A stretch of DNA of 64,000 bases from Lama glama (lineage: Eukaryota). This document shows, piece by piece, positions 1 through 11,272 of the stretch. The notes beneath the pieces are model-generated. The model saw only the letters and a list, made by a program, of their open reading frames with translations, was not told where the DNA came from and ran no database searches. The position numbers and the translations under genes were made by a program. The stretch lies in NCBI GenBank assembly GCA_028534125.1, contig CM052817.1, forward strand, positions 23,562,001 through 23,626,000, read 5' to 3'. Every line of letters begins with the position of its first letter. Position 1 is the first letter of the stretch.

Positions 1-1196
1 ATCCAAAAAAATGGAGTCCCTCATTCTTATTCACACAAGCAGTTTGGGGAAAGGGAGCTTTTACTACATTGTTTGATGGTGTGTACAGATGTGAATTGAC
101 ATTGTGCAGGTAGCTTGTCATGTTTTGTGCTCCAATAAAAAGGGTTTAAAATCTCCTTCCCAGTAAAACAGTAAATGGAAGATGTTCCAATGCTACAGAG
201 AGGAAGCAACCGTAAAATGCTTAGAGAGAGAGACAGCCTGCCTATAACACAAGCACAGCCAAGAGCTGCAAAATATACAGGAGAGTGTAAGAGCCTCTCG
301 ATGAGGGCTCAGTCAATAAAGACTCGTGTTTAAAAACCATACTGGGCTTCAGAGCTCCTAAAAATAATGGCGGCTACGTAAATTTGAACCTCTTCACACA
401 TTGCTCTGAAATGACACAGATGGAAATCAGAGAGCAAATACAACTATTCTCAAAAATAACTTGGAGACTGAGAATAGTACAAGCATAAGTGTATATGTAA
501 GTCAATAAATAAACATCCAAATGTTGCAGAGCTGTCTCCAGACCCAATACCTAAGCAGGGTCAGGCCAAGTAGAGGCATCATGGAAAAGAGGGGACTACC
601 AAAGGCCAGTGGCGGCAGAGAACACATAAAATTACTCCCCCAAAAGAGAAATGCCTGCATGATGTAGGGAAGATACTCAAAACATGGCCATGACCTAGTG
701 AGTCAGAGCAGTGCTACTGAGGAACTGAAGAAGAGGACTTGAATATGTGCATGAGAAGAGTGGTGTTCTCCTGATAGGCAGACAGGATAGGGGGTCCTTG
801 GAGAAAGAGAACCAGGCATGACTTTCTTGACATAAGAGAAGCCGTTTTGTGATCTAAGTCTGGCCACCATGTTTGCTCTTGAACAGGTCTCAGTAATTAA
901 TGATTTGAAGGGAACGAAAGAATGCAAAAACTAAGACTGTTATTAGACAAGTAACAATAGCAAAGACAGTACATCAGTTGTAAAGACTCCTGACTCTGTT
1001 TCAATAACAATAAAGCTTAGCCTGAAGCACAAGATCAACTGGAATCTCAGGAATGTTGATGTTGACCTTTTCTGACCTTGGTGACTTCAATCAACTAAAG
1101 CCTGGATTTTGTCTGCCTTCAGATCAGACCCTACGCTTCCTCCTTTTCTTACTAGAAACTCTTCTTGATTTAAATTGTTCTGAAGAGGATGGATCT

Positions 1197-4080
1197 TTAA
1201 AGATATCCAAGTTGATCTCTGGGCCACACATAAAAATGAAGTTGAATTGTAACTAAGTACAGGGCCCATGTGTATTACTTGGAAAACAAAAACAAAAACA
1301 AAAAACTGTTTCCATCAGTAACTCAATACCCACTCTCCAGAGATACAGAGCAAGGGAATGAACCCACAGCTGGGTGTACATGTCTTTACTTCCTCACCTG
1401 TAACACTCCACTCCTGCCAATGAACAAAGAAGGTAAATTTGACTCAGATGGGTACACAATCTATTGGTTTGTACAAGACCAACAAGCCATAAATTCCACT
1501 GTAACTCCTCACCATCCCATAGTCTCTAATCCAGTCACTGCACTTACCTCTATCCCTGCTGATGCAGCCTGCTTTACAGTAACTGATGTCTGCTCAGCTT
1601 TTTTTTCAATCCCATTGCATCTTGACTCTCAATTTCTCTTTGCATTTACACGTAGAGGGAGACAGTTAACATGGATGAGCCTACCTGAGGGATGTTATGA
1701 GTCTCTCTCAATATTTTCCCAAGTCCTTAAAACTGACTTACATTCTGCAGTTTTTCCCCAAGGCTCCACTCTTGTTCGTATGTTAATGACGTTTTACTCT
1801 GTAACTGAACTAAGCTGGGTGCCCATATAGCTGAAGGCGCTGGCTGAACAAGGCCATAAAGTCTCCCAATCCAAACTTGAATGGGTACAAAGAACTGTTA
1901 TAAACCTAGAACAGGAGATATCTCAGGGCATTTGAAAGCTCACCCCAAAGTGCTTAGAGTCAATTCTGTGCATTCCTCTCTCTGAAACGGAAAAACTGTT
2001 ACATAAATTTCTCCAGGCAGCTAGCTGTTGCTGCCAATGGATGACTAATTTTGCTGCCCTTGCTAAACCTCCGTAAGTCATCCTCCCAGATAACACTTCA
2101 GAGTCCATTTCCTGACCTTCAAAGGCATTAATCTCCTTTGATGCTTTAAAATTAACATGGCCCACACCCCCAGCTCTCAGCTCTCCCAGTTTTGACAAAC
2201 CTTTTCATCTCTGCTGCCGCACACATGATGAGATTGCTGCGGTATTCTAGGACAAGATTTTGCCTCTCGGACACGTCCTATAGCATATTTCTCATGCCAA
2301 TTAGACCCTGTGGCATCAGGTGTGCCCTCAAGCTTGTGTGCAGTAGCCACAGCTGCCACCTAAATTGACAAAGCCAGTGCTCTTACATTAGGCTCCCCCA
2401 TTCACCTTTATGTTCCCTGTGCTATGTCTGCCCTCTTACTAGTTCATAAGACACAGGACCCGTCTACATGGTGACAGATCACCTATGAACATGTCGACTG
2501 AAAGAAAAAAGCACAATGGAAAAGCTGTGAGTTCAGTTTTTTGGGAGAAAACTACTGAGGACTATAGACTGGGAGACAGCCTCTCAGATAGCTCTGAGGA
2601 GCTGATCCAAAGAGGTAAGGAAGGAGCCAGGATATAGATGATTTTTCTTCCAGCTGGGAAAAAATAAATGTAGTCCAACATAGAAAGATCACTGGTAATC
2701 ACAAAGAACAAACATTTCAAGTTAATGATTTCAGTGCTTTTTTATGTGTGGGAAGGTGCACCCCTTTTGACTAACCCTTCCATCACCTTACATCACAATA
2801 ACACCTCAAACCCAGCTACTTTACCCCCCCTTCCTGATGATGGAGAGCCCCACTCTGTTCCACATGATTACCTTGCAACTAGAGAAATGGTCTCAAAGCC
2901 ACAAAAGAACCTCCTAGGTACCCCCTTAGACAACCAAGACTTACTTCTATTTTGTGATGATTCCTTTAAACAGAATTTTCAGGGAAACTTAATACTGTCT
3001 TATGCCATAGTTTCCCCACATGGAAGCCTTGAAATATACTCTATCCTCTGTAAAATCAGCCCAAGCCGTTGAACTCAGAGCTCTTACTACATCTTATACA
3101 TAAGCAAAGGGGAAGATTGTTACTATTTACACTGACTCTAGATGTGCTTCTGGAGTCTGCCTTACTGTTGGCACGATTTAAAAATTGTGTACATTCTTCA
3201 CCTCTGCTGGCACTCCTCTTGCTAAAGGGCACATCATTGCTGCTCTATTACAAGCTAATCACCTCCCTTCTAATATTGTCATTCTTCACTGCTTAGTCTG
3301 TAGTAAGGAGATGCTACATCTTTAAGAAATGATAGGGTTAACAGGGCTGCTAAATATGAAGCCCCAAATGGACCCTCTATCTTTTCTCCACCCAATTTTT
3401 AAACCTGCCTTTATCCCTGACTGATAGTTATTAACTATTAGGCAAATGCACCACAATCTGAAAAAGACAAATTGATACTAAAAGGTGCCAAACAGTTATC
3501 AGATGGATTACACATTGGTTCAAATGAAGGGCTATTCCTGTAGCCCTCTTTTTTTTTTTTTTTTTGACCTTTTGGCTAGCACTTATCTCCTATTCAGTGC
3601 AACATGTGTGCAGATGGGGGATAATTAAGGAACTAAAAGACAATTGGTTCTGCTCTAGCATCCACAAAATTTCTGAACAAATTATTTCCCAGTACATCAC
3701 TTGTAAATCTCACCAAATTTCTGAGATATCAATATACCCCGTGAAGTCCTGCAAAGCCCACGCTGCACTTTGCAGAACTCCAAATGGATTTTGTAGACTT
3801 ACCTTCAGCTTTAGGCTATTCTCACTGTGTGGGTATTGTCTGCATATTTAGTGGATGGACTGAATGATATCCAACTAGACATGCTGATGTCACAACAGGG
3901 GTAAAAAAAAATTAATAACTGAGAATATCCCACCAGGGAATATTACCAAGGAACTCATTTTACAGCATAAATAAACTTGCTTACAATAATTTGAGGGTAC
4001 TCAGTAACATTCCATATCCCATACCATCCTCAATCATCAGGGCAAGTGGAATGTAGAAATGTAGACATGGAAAAAAATCC
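1197..4080 (+). pseudogene. pol: Degenerate class I ERV pol (RT - tether - RNase H - integrase core), MER34/epsilon-like group; multiple stops and frameshifts, interrupted by an LTR fragment at 2492-2760
   Basis: Hand translation across frames. RT: DLWATHKNEV (~1215), QYPL, CNTPLLP, FVQDQQAIN, FTVTDVCSAFFSIP, SQFLFAFT, LPEG, YVND at 1779-1790 (decayed YxDD), LKALAEQGHKVS. Tether: RPIAYFSCQLDPVASG. RNase H: LFCDDS, SAQAVELRAL, TIYTDS. Integrase: LQMDFVDLP, IVCIFSGW, QGTHFT, PYHPQSSGQVE (~4020-4050). Confidence 0.93.
2492..2760 (-). mobile_element. Truncated ERV1-type LTR (3' portion only) inserted antisense into pol
   Basis: Starts TGTCGACTGAAA (reverse complement ends ...TCGACA). Shares blocks (tgaggact, tgggagacagc, ctcaga, gctctgagga, agtgctttt) with the complete solo LTR at 63110-63614. 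Pol homology stops at 2491 and resumes at 2761. Confidence 0.85.
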
Positions 4081-4224
4081 AGACAAATGACCTTAAAATA
4101 AGGATTTCCAGAGCCAGTGTTCACACTACAGAAGCAGACAGCATCACGCAGTAAGCAACTTTTCCCAAGAGCATGGATCAAGAAATTGTTTTCATCTGTT
4201 CCAACCCCTCTTTTTAAGAATCTG

Positions 4225-4225
<1 letters not shown>

Positions 4226-4264
<39 letters not shown>
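4226..4264. repeat. (CA)n microsatellite
   Basis: Direct read of the CA run. Confidence 0.95.
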
Positions 4265-4265
<1 letters not shown>

Positions 4266-4392
4266 CAAAAACAAACAAAAATCCTTTTCTTATTAAACAC
4301 TTACTTTCTTCTAAATTTATTGATTACTTATTAGAAAGTTCATTGGAGTTTGCTTGTTTCAATCAGTCCTACCCCACTTCTGAGTTTTGACT

Positions 4393-4930
4393 ATGGACTC
4401 TCTTTCAACCTGTGTCTTGCCCTTAGTAACCTTTACTTTTTCAATAGGTCAGGCACAAACCAAACACCCCTTTGTGCCAGTTTGCCAAACCTTGGCCATG
4501 TTAACTAATCAGTCTGGCTGTTGGTTATGCCAACTTCTAGATAGTGCAAAAGAACCTGAGCTAGTTCATTTCTGCCAATCTGAACACCTGCTGGACTAAG
4601 TACAGAAGAGAGAGAAACTACCAGCATGGTATCCATGATTGAAGAAACATCACTCTGCCTCTTTTTAATTCTGGTGAGTTATTTGGATCAACAAAATTTC
4701 TATAGAAGCTCAAGGGCTGTTCTCTGCGCAGATAAAGATGATAGGGGAAAACATTCCCCTTTGTATTAAAACCACTGGGCCTTTCCTGGGTGACATACCG
4801 GGTAAACCTGCTATCAAACCCTATGGTTTGATTCCACAGAGGCATCTTCAAACCTATCAAGGAAATTAAAAGCGACCCTAGCACTACCCTCTATGGCACA
4901 GATGTTTGCCAAATTACCAATTGTTTTGAA
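4393..4930 (+). pseudogene. env: Retroviral env 5' fragment (signal peptide + N-terminal SU) resembling HEMO/ERVMER34-1; disrupted and truncated before TM
   Basis: ATG at 4393 gives MDSLSTCVLPLVTFTFSIGQAQTKHPFVPVCQTLAMLTNQSGCWLCQLLDSAKEPELV, with CWLC at 4519-4530. After frameshifts it continues AWYP*, SIEAQGLFSAQIKMIGENIPLC, GPFLGDIP, CYQTLWFDST. Collinear with HEMO as I recall it (MGSLS...LTNQSNCWLCEHLDNAEQPELV...VWYP...SMEAQGL...GPFLGNIP...CNQILWFDST). Stops at 4597, 4636, 4666 and 4675. Confidence 0.85.
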
Positions 4931-5149
4931 TAGTTCTTAAGTTGCCCCTCCTTTTATTGACCAAACCTCATGCTCCTTCCTAAATCAATAAAAAGTAATT
5001 CATCCTGAGTTCCACATTCATCATTGCATCATCAATCTCAAATTACATTTATATGCATTACTAAAAAAATGAGTATAGTATAGAATACCTCTATGGAGAC
5101 TATTAAATATACATACACATACACATATACATATCTTAAATGTTTTTAA

Positions 5150-5390
5150 TTTTATAAAAATGTCCTATTCTACATGATCATTTACTTTTTTTGCTTAATA
5201 TTTTATCCCTAAGAGTCATCCACGTTATTGCATGTCATTTTGATAGAGTCATTTTAACAGTTATATAGGAATAGTTATTGTGAGATTGCATCATTATTTA
5301 ATCTATTCTCCTTTCCATGAACATTTGTGTTGTTGTTGATAATTTTCAAAGTGTTTGCTATATTAAATGTGGCTGCAGTGAATCTAGCTA
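5150..5390 (-). mobile_element. Ancient L1 (L1ME-like) 3' fragment
   Basis: Decayed antisense L1 3' motifs (catccacgttattgcatg, aatgtggctgcagtgaat). Confidence 0.55.
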
Positions 5391-5796
5391 AATAGATTTG
5401 TGAGTTCTTTACTAAATTAAAAATTTTAAAGAGCAAGAATGCAAACTATAACTCCTTTAGTACTAAATCAGATGTTTGAAGAGAACAATCAACATATTTC
5501 TAGAAGTATCATGCTGGACCAAAAGAAGTCAGATTAAATTCTCAAACAGTGGCAATTAATTGAAACTGACCATACATGCAATAAAGGAAAATATAGTTTA
5601 GTTGAATAACACATCTAAACCCTTCCAGTTCTTTATAATTTGCATCCGACATCTATCTCAGAAACACTTTGGGAAGAAGGCACAGGTTTTATCTATTCTT
5701 CTGTCACTAGTTGCTTACAGTATTTTATCTAAAACATAGCAAGTAAATCTTGAATAAAGAATAATTGAGTGAATAAATGGGTAAGTCAACTAGTAT

Positions 5797-6402
5797 TGAA
5801 ACAGAGTAGGACTCTGTTGGTCCCTCCCAAGTGAAAAAGCCTTTCAGTGCCCCCCATTTCTTATTTGAAAGAAAAAGACTTTCAGCCTCCTGGACCTGCC
5901 CTGCATTCTGAAGGGCAGATTCAAGGGAAGTAAGAGAATACAGAAACAAAGGCAGTCAAGAAACAATAGTGCAGAGATGGGGCAGGGTCCTGGTTCCTCC
6001 GAAAGGGATACACATAACAATCTGATACATATCTCTGAGTTCTTCCACAGGAACAAAGGCCCCACCCTGGCAGAGGATGGGAACTTCAGACTGAGCTCAA
6101 GCACATGGACCCCAGAGTGGCTGGACTCAGAAGGCTGATGACTAAGATTCCTGGAACACCACCCTGTTACCTACCACTAGCCAATCAGAGTAGCTTACAC
6201 ACCCTGCAACCTCTGCCCCCTCCAAATTTTGCCTATAAAAATGCTTCCCTGAAACCCACTGGGGAGTTCAGGCTTTTTGACCATGAGCCGCCCATTCTCC
6301 TTGCTTGGCCCTTGCAGTAAACCTTTCTCTGCTCCAAACTCTGATGTTTCAGTTTCCTTGTCCTCGCTGTGTGTCAGGTACATGAACTCAGATTTGACAA
6401 CA
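5797..6402 (+). mobile_element. Solo ERV1-type LTR
   Basis: TG...CA termini (TGAAACAG...GACAACA), CCAAT at 6181, TATAAAA at ~6234, polyA-like AGTAAA at ~6316. Flanks gtat/atac are only an imperfect TSD. Confidence 0.85.
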
Positions 6403-8414
6403 ATACATCTTTTCAAACAGAAAGATAACTATCTTTACCACACCACGCTATTGGAGCCTTGTTTGTTAGTAGTTAACAAGTTTAAAATTAAGTTCAAATA
6501 TAAAGTCATCATTTGAAATTGGTATTTGTTTTATCAGACAGCTCTGTACAGTTTTCTTCACAATTAACTATTAAGAAAATTATTTAATTCTTGGTTATAA
6601 TTATTCATATGCACTTATTTATATACAGAATACATACTCCTTCTACTTTTGAGAAATCTAGAACACATTCATATATTCAATTTTTCATAGAATAAACATG
6701 CTATCATAGTAATCTCAAATTAAAAGTTACACTAGAGTATTTTTTCCAAAATGTTTTTTCCATGCGCAAATCATGTTATATAACTCTTTGAAAAACAGTA
6801 TTTACTCTTGTAAAAATCTTATAATCTAAATTATATTATTTATATTTATATATTTATATTATTATATTGTTTTTAAATTTAAATGTATATTACAAACTAA
6901 GTTTAAAAAATGCCTGTGTAAATTATCTGGCAGTTTCTGTCTATGAAATTAAAAAGAACACTTTGCAAAAGAAAATAAATTCAGAGGAAGCAATGTTGTT
7001 CTTGACCTACCGTAAGTATAACAGTATATTTAAAAATATGAAATACGATCACCTAAAAAGTAAAATGAATCACAAATAAAATGTCTGATATTAAAACTAC
7101 AGATGGTTACATACAGAATACATGGGAAGAAAATACAAAAATACAGTAGAATTAGGAAAAGCTATCATACTTTCCTATAAATAGCAATTTCTGTTTTGGA
7201 TTTAAGAATATGATTGCCTTAATTTTATCTTAATGCTCCCAATGTCACATCATTAAGTATATCTCATACACAGTTGTAATGCAGTAAAGATCCTATGATA
7301 AATATTTTTGAATATTTAGGACAAACTTCAAAGTATTAAAAAATCTACATGTCGTTTGATTAAAAAATTATATTAATGATAACAGACTAATCTAAGGCAG
7401 GGTATTTTCAAGGAGATTGAGCAAATCTCACTTATACCAGTGGCAAAATTAATAGGATAAGTCATTCATAGCTAATTCCTCATTTTTATCATTTACTCTT
7501 GCCCACACAAAATTCAATTTAATCTGTCCCTCTTCAACACCTGCTCCGTACTACACATTGTGGTTGGTTGGAATGAAAAAATAATGGCACATTCCAATTC
7601 TATTCAGAGAAAATTAATGTTACCATGTTTTTAAATTATTTTAAAATACTTTCTATATGGAAGCTATGATATTATATGTAGATGTTGAGTCGGTTAATCT
7701 GTGCTCCAAGGACAGTCAGTTCCTAATAAGTCAATCGCACTTCAAGGGTAGTTTGCTATCATTTAATCAGAAAGCCACTCTGGAGTCAGCTTCGACAACT
7801 TCAGCTCTTCTTATCTTGAACAATGCCAGAAACATTAATTAGCAAAAGAAGCATTAAAAATGGGTTTTCATTAGTAAAATTAGAAGCTTGTTTATGAGCA
7901 GACTGGATGTTTAAGAAGACTCTCCTTGGTGAAATATATATATATATATATTTTAAAGTGGGTGGGTTACAAATATTAGAGATTTTTCCTAACTAAATGT
8001 AAAATTTATCAGATTCTTCATCTTATACTTAGAACAGCAGACCTACACACCTATATGCCTATTACTGCAGGTGCTTTGTTCCATCATTGGTTCTGAAGAT
8101 TCCTGGTTGATTTAGAATCAATCTAGTCTTTTAGATGATTAGACAAATGTTGTGTTAGGATATTACTGCATTTGCTTATGAGAACCTTTTCATGCAAAGT
8201 GGATTTATAGCACCTAAAAAAACTAAAATACGAATTTCTTTGAGCTCACAGAACAAGCTGTATTACTGTTTAATGTCTGCTTGCTAAGAAGTGTATGTCT
8301 GAGCAGTCAAATTTGGTTTAGAACTTTCATTATGATCAGGTAGTGAGCTTTTGGAAGAATTTCTAATCCTCACCTACCACTAATCATAGACTTCCACCAT
8401 TACAAATTGCCAAA

Positions 8415-8842
8415 TGAGAAAACGAAAATGATTTAACGATAAGTTTTATGTTCTTTATTCAAGGGAAAACAAAACAATGAATTGGAGGAGTACAATGTGT
8501 CGCAAGCAGTCGTGCACTCTTTACAAGGGATTTTGGGCAAAATGAGTTTTATAGAGCTTTAGAAGAAGCAACATGGAAACAGGAGGTGATCGGCTAAGAG
8601 CTGGGGGATTTTCTTATAGGACTTGCAGGTCCTATTCCAGGGTAAGGTGAGCTAGCTAAAGTTGAGCTGGAGGATTGTGATTGGTGTACGTTAGATTTCC
8701 TTGACAAGTATTTCCCGTAAGTTGAGGCTGACTTTAGATTGAGGCTGACTTTAAATTAAGGCTGACTTAGATTTGTGATGTGGGTCAGACCAAAGTGGCT
8801 TCCTCCATTTTGCAGATTCTGATATATAAATTAACTTTATCA
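8415..8842 (-). mobile_element. Solo ERV1-type LTR (MER67/MER31-like architecture)
   Basis: Minus strand begins TGATAAAGTTAATT...CAAAATGGAGG. Antisense CCAAT (gattgg), TATA (ttttatag) and AATAAA (tttatt ~8454) occur in the expected order. Internal 3x ~17-bp repeat at 8721-8773. Confidence 0.7.
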
Positions 8843-9771
8843 CTGCCAAACAAACAATAAATAATGGAGCCCTGTCAAACCTGCTCTTAGTTTTTCTAAT
8901 ATTACAGACATATCTAGATAATATAAAATCGCCTTGAAATGGATATCACAGAAGCAAATGGCCATTTAGTCAATATCTGATATGCAGTGTTTGTTTAATG
9001 CTGTGATCTCACAGATTCTGTTAGTTATTAAGTAAATGGACACAATGATAGTGTTATTTGATGTTATTTAATTCTTCATTCATTCATTCCACTAGAAACT
9101 CTGAGCATTTTCCACCAGAGTTTCAGTTTACCATGGAAATGAGTTTATATAAAGGATTTTTTCTCCTGAATCTTTATATGCATGGCAAGAAACAGAATAG
9201 ACCAACTATTATAGTATCAGAGCATTCTTCTACCTAAGAAGCTGTTGATTCACTTCCAGTTGTGGGGGGGAAAGTGGTTACTCTAATCCCTGGTACTCAG
9301 ACATATTAAATGGTCTGTATTTCCTAGTTTACAAGAAACAACTAGATTTGGATGCCAACTTAATGTATTCAACAGAGAAGGAAGTAATTTCTCAGGGTGA
9401 GAAGCAAACATTTCCTCTCTTGTGAACCTGCTTGGCTTTGTCTTCAAAGGGAGCATATAATTATTGCAAGATCAAGAATAATTCAGAAAAGCTTAAAAAT
9501 TGAATCATTAGGCAATGGATTAGGATAACACAGTAAAAGGGGCAATTAAAATCCAGTATTGGTGAATAAATAATGATCTGCTAAAAGTGCTAAAGGCATC
9601 CTAAATATAAGATGGAGAAAAACAGCACTTTTTAAAAAAATTTGGAAACACTCAGTTTACATTTATTTTATAAATAATCACAGATATTCAAATAAAAATA
9701 TTCCTTTTTATTGAAGTATAGCTGATTTTTAATGTTGTGTTGGTTTCAGGTGTATAGCAAATTGATGCAGT

Positions 9772-9773
9772 TA

Positions 9774-9820
<47 letters not shown>
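9772..9820. repeat. (TA)n microsatellite within L1 3' UTR
   Basis: Direct read. Confidence 0.95.
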
Positions 9821-9852
9821 TCTTTTTCAGATTCTTTTCCATTATAGATTAT

Positions 9853-9952
9853 NNNNNNNNNNNNNNNNNNNNNNNNNNNNNNNNNNNNNNNNNNNNNNNN
9901 NNNNNNNNNNNNNNNNNNNNNNNNNNNNNNNNNNNNNNNNNNNNNNNNNNNN
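9853..9952. other. Assembly gap (100 N)
   Basis: N run. Confidence 1.
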
Positions 9953-10157
9953 TTTCAAAATTGTAGAATAGATAAACAAGATTACACTGTATAGCACAGG
10001 GAAATATACACAAAATGTTATGATAAATCACAGAGAAAAAAATGTGACAATGAGTGTGTATATGTCCATGAATGACTGAAAAATTGTGCTGAACACTGGA
10101 ATTTGACACAACATTGTAAAATGATTATAAATCAATAAAAAATGTTAAGAAAAAAAG
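9953..10157 (+). mobile_element. Young camelid-type L1 3' end nested in the older antisense L1
   Basis: gacacaacattgtaaaatgattataaatcAATAAAaaatgttaagaaaaaaa; same 3' UTR as the copies at 21973 and 49570. Confidence 0.88.
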
Positions 10158-11128
10158 ATATTGAATTCCTGGGCTACACAGTTCCCTGTGCTATACAGTA
10201 GGTCATTGTTGGTAATCTTTTTTATATATATGTTAATCCCAAACTCCTAATTTATCCCTCCCTACCCCTTCCCCTTTGGTAATCATCAGTTTGTTTTCTA
10301 TGTCTGTGAGTTGCTTCTATTTCTAGAAATTGTCTATTATTGTAAAGTTTATTTGTATCACTTTTTAGATTCCATATATAAGTGATATTATGATACTTGT
10401 CTTTCTTTGTCTGACTTACTTCATTTAGTATGATAATCTCTAGGTCCATCCATGTTGCTGCAAATGGCATTATTTCATTCTTTTTTATGGATAAGTAGCA
10501 TTCCATTGCATACAAATACCACATCTTCTTTATCCACTCATCTGTCGATGGACATTTGTTTCCACGTCTTGGTTATTGTAAATAGTGCTGCTGTCAACAT
10601 TGGGGTGCATGTATCTTTTCAAATTAGAGTTCCCTCCGGATATATGCCCAGGAGTTGGATTGCTAGATCATATGGTAAGTCTATTTTTAGTAAGGAACTT
10701 CCATACTGTTATCCATAATGGCTGCACCAAATTACCTTCCCACCAACAGTGTAGGAAGGTTCCTTTTCCTCCATATCTTCTCTAGTATCTATTACTTGTA
10801 GACTTTTTGATGATGGCTATTCTGACCCATGTGAGGTGATACCTCATTGTAATTTTGGTTTGCATTTCTCTAATAATTAGTAATGTTTGCCTGTTGGCCA
10901 TCTGCATGTCTTCTTTGGAGAAATATCTATTTAAATCCATTTTTAATTGGGTTGTTTGTTTTTGTTTGATATTGAGCTGTATGAGCTATTTGTATATTTT
11001 GGAAATTAATCCCTTGTTGGTTGCATTGTTTGCAAATATTTTCTTCCATTCTGTAGGTTGTCTTCTCATTTTGTTTATGATTTCCTCTGCTGTGAGGCAC
11101 ATTTTATGTATACAAATGAAATAAGAGA

Positions 11129-11272
11129 GGGGAGGAGGGTATAGCTCAGTGATAAAGCGCATGCTTAGCATGCATGTGGTCCTGGGTTCAATTCCCAGTA
11201 CTTCACCAGGAAAAAATAAACACACATAGTTACTCCCCCCAAAATAAATAAGTAAATAAATAAAAGAAAGAC
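11129..11272 (+). mobile_element. tRNA-Ala-derived SINE, Vic-1 type (camelid)
   Basis: GGAGGGTATAGCTCAGTG (A box)...CATGCTTAGCATGCA...GGTTCAATTCC (B box), A-rich tail, TSD ataagaga at 11121-11128 and 11273-11280. Confidence 0.88.

Larger units (their letters stand above)
9703..11094 (-). mobile_element. 5'-truncated L1 (3' UTR + ORF2 C-terminus), interrupted by a younger L1 and a gap
   Basis: Antisense tttattgaagtatag end. ORF2 C-terminal peptides IKKNEIMPFAATWMDLE and RQPTEWKKIFAN appear in the ORF track. Confidence 0.92.

Noticed and set aside
346..700. Possible ancient L1/HAL1 5' end with a YY1-like ATAATGGCGGC
   Set aside because: Single motif with no alignable ORF1; cannot be supported by eye
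1270..1830. 186-aa ORF as a functional reverse transcriptase or domesticated gene
   Set aside because: GTG start, frameshift immediately before the catalytic motif, YxDD decayed to YVND, and stops throughout the downstream pol
5797..6402. This LTR as the 3' LTR of the pol-env provirus
   Set aside because: No polypurine tract or env TM upstream, L1 debris intervenes, and the sequence is unlike MER34 LTRs
11129..11210. tRNA-Ala gene
   Set aside because: Altered acceptor and D arms, SINE tail and TSD indicate a retroposed SINE
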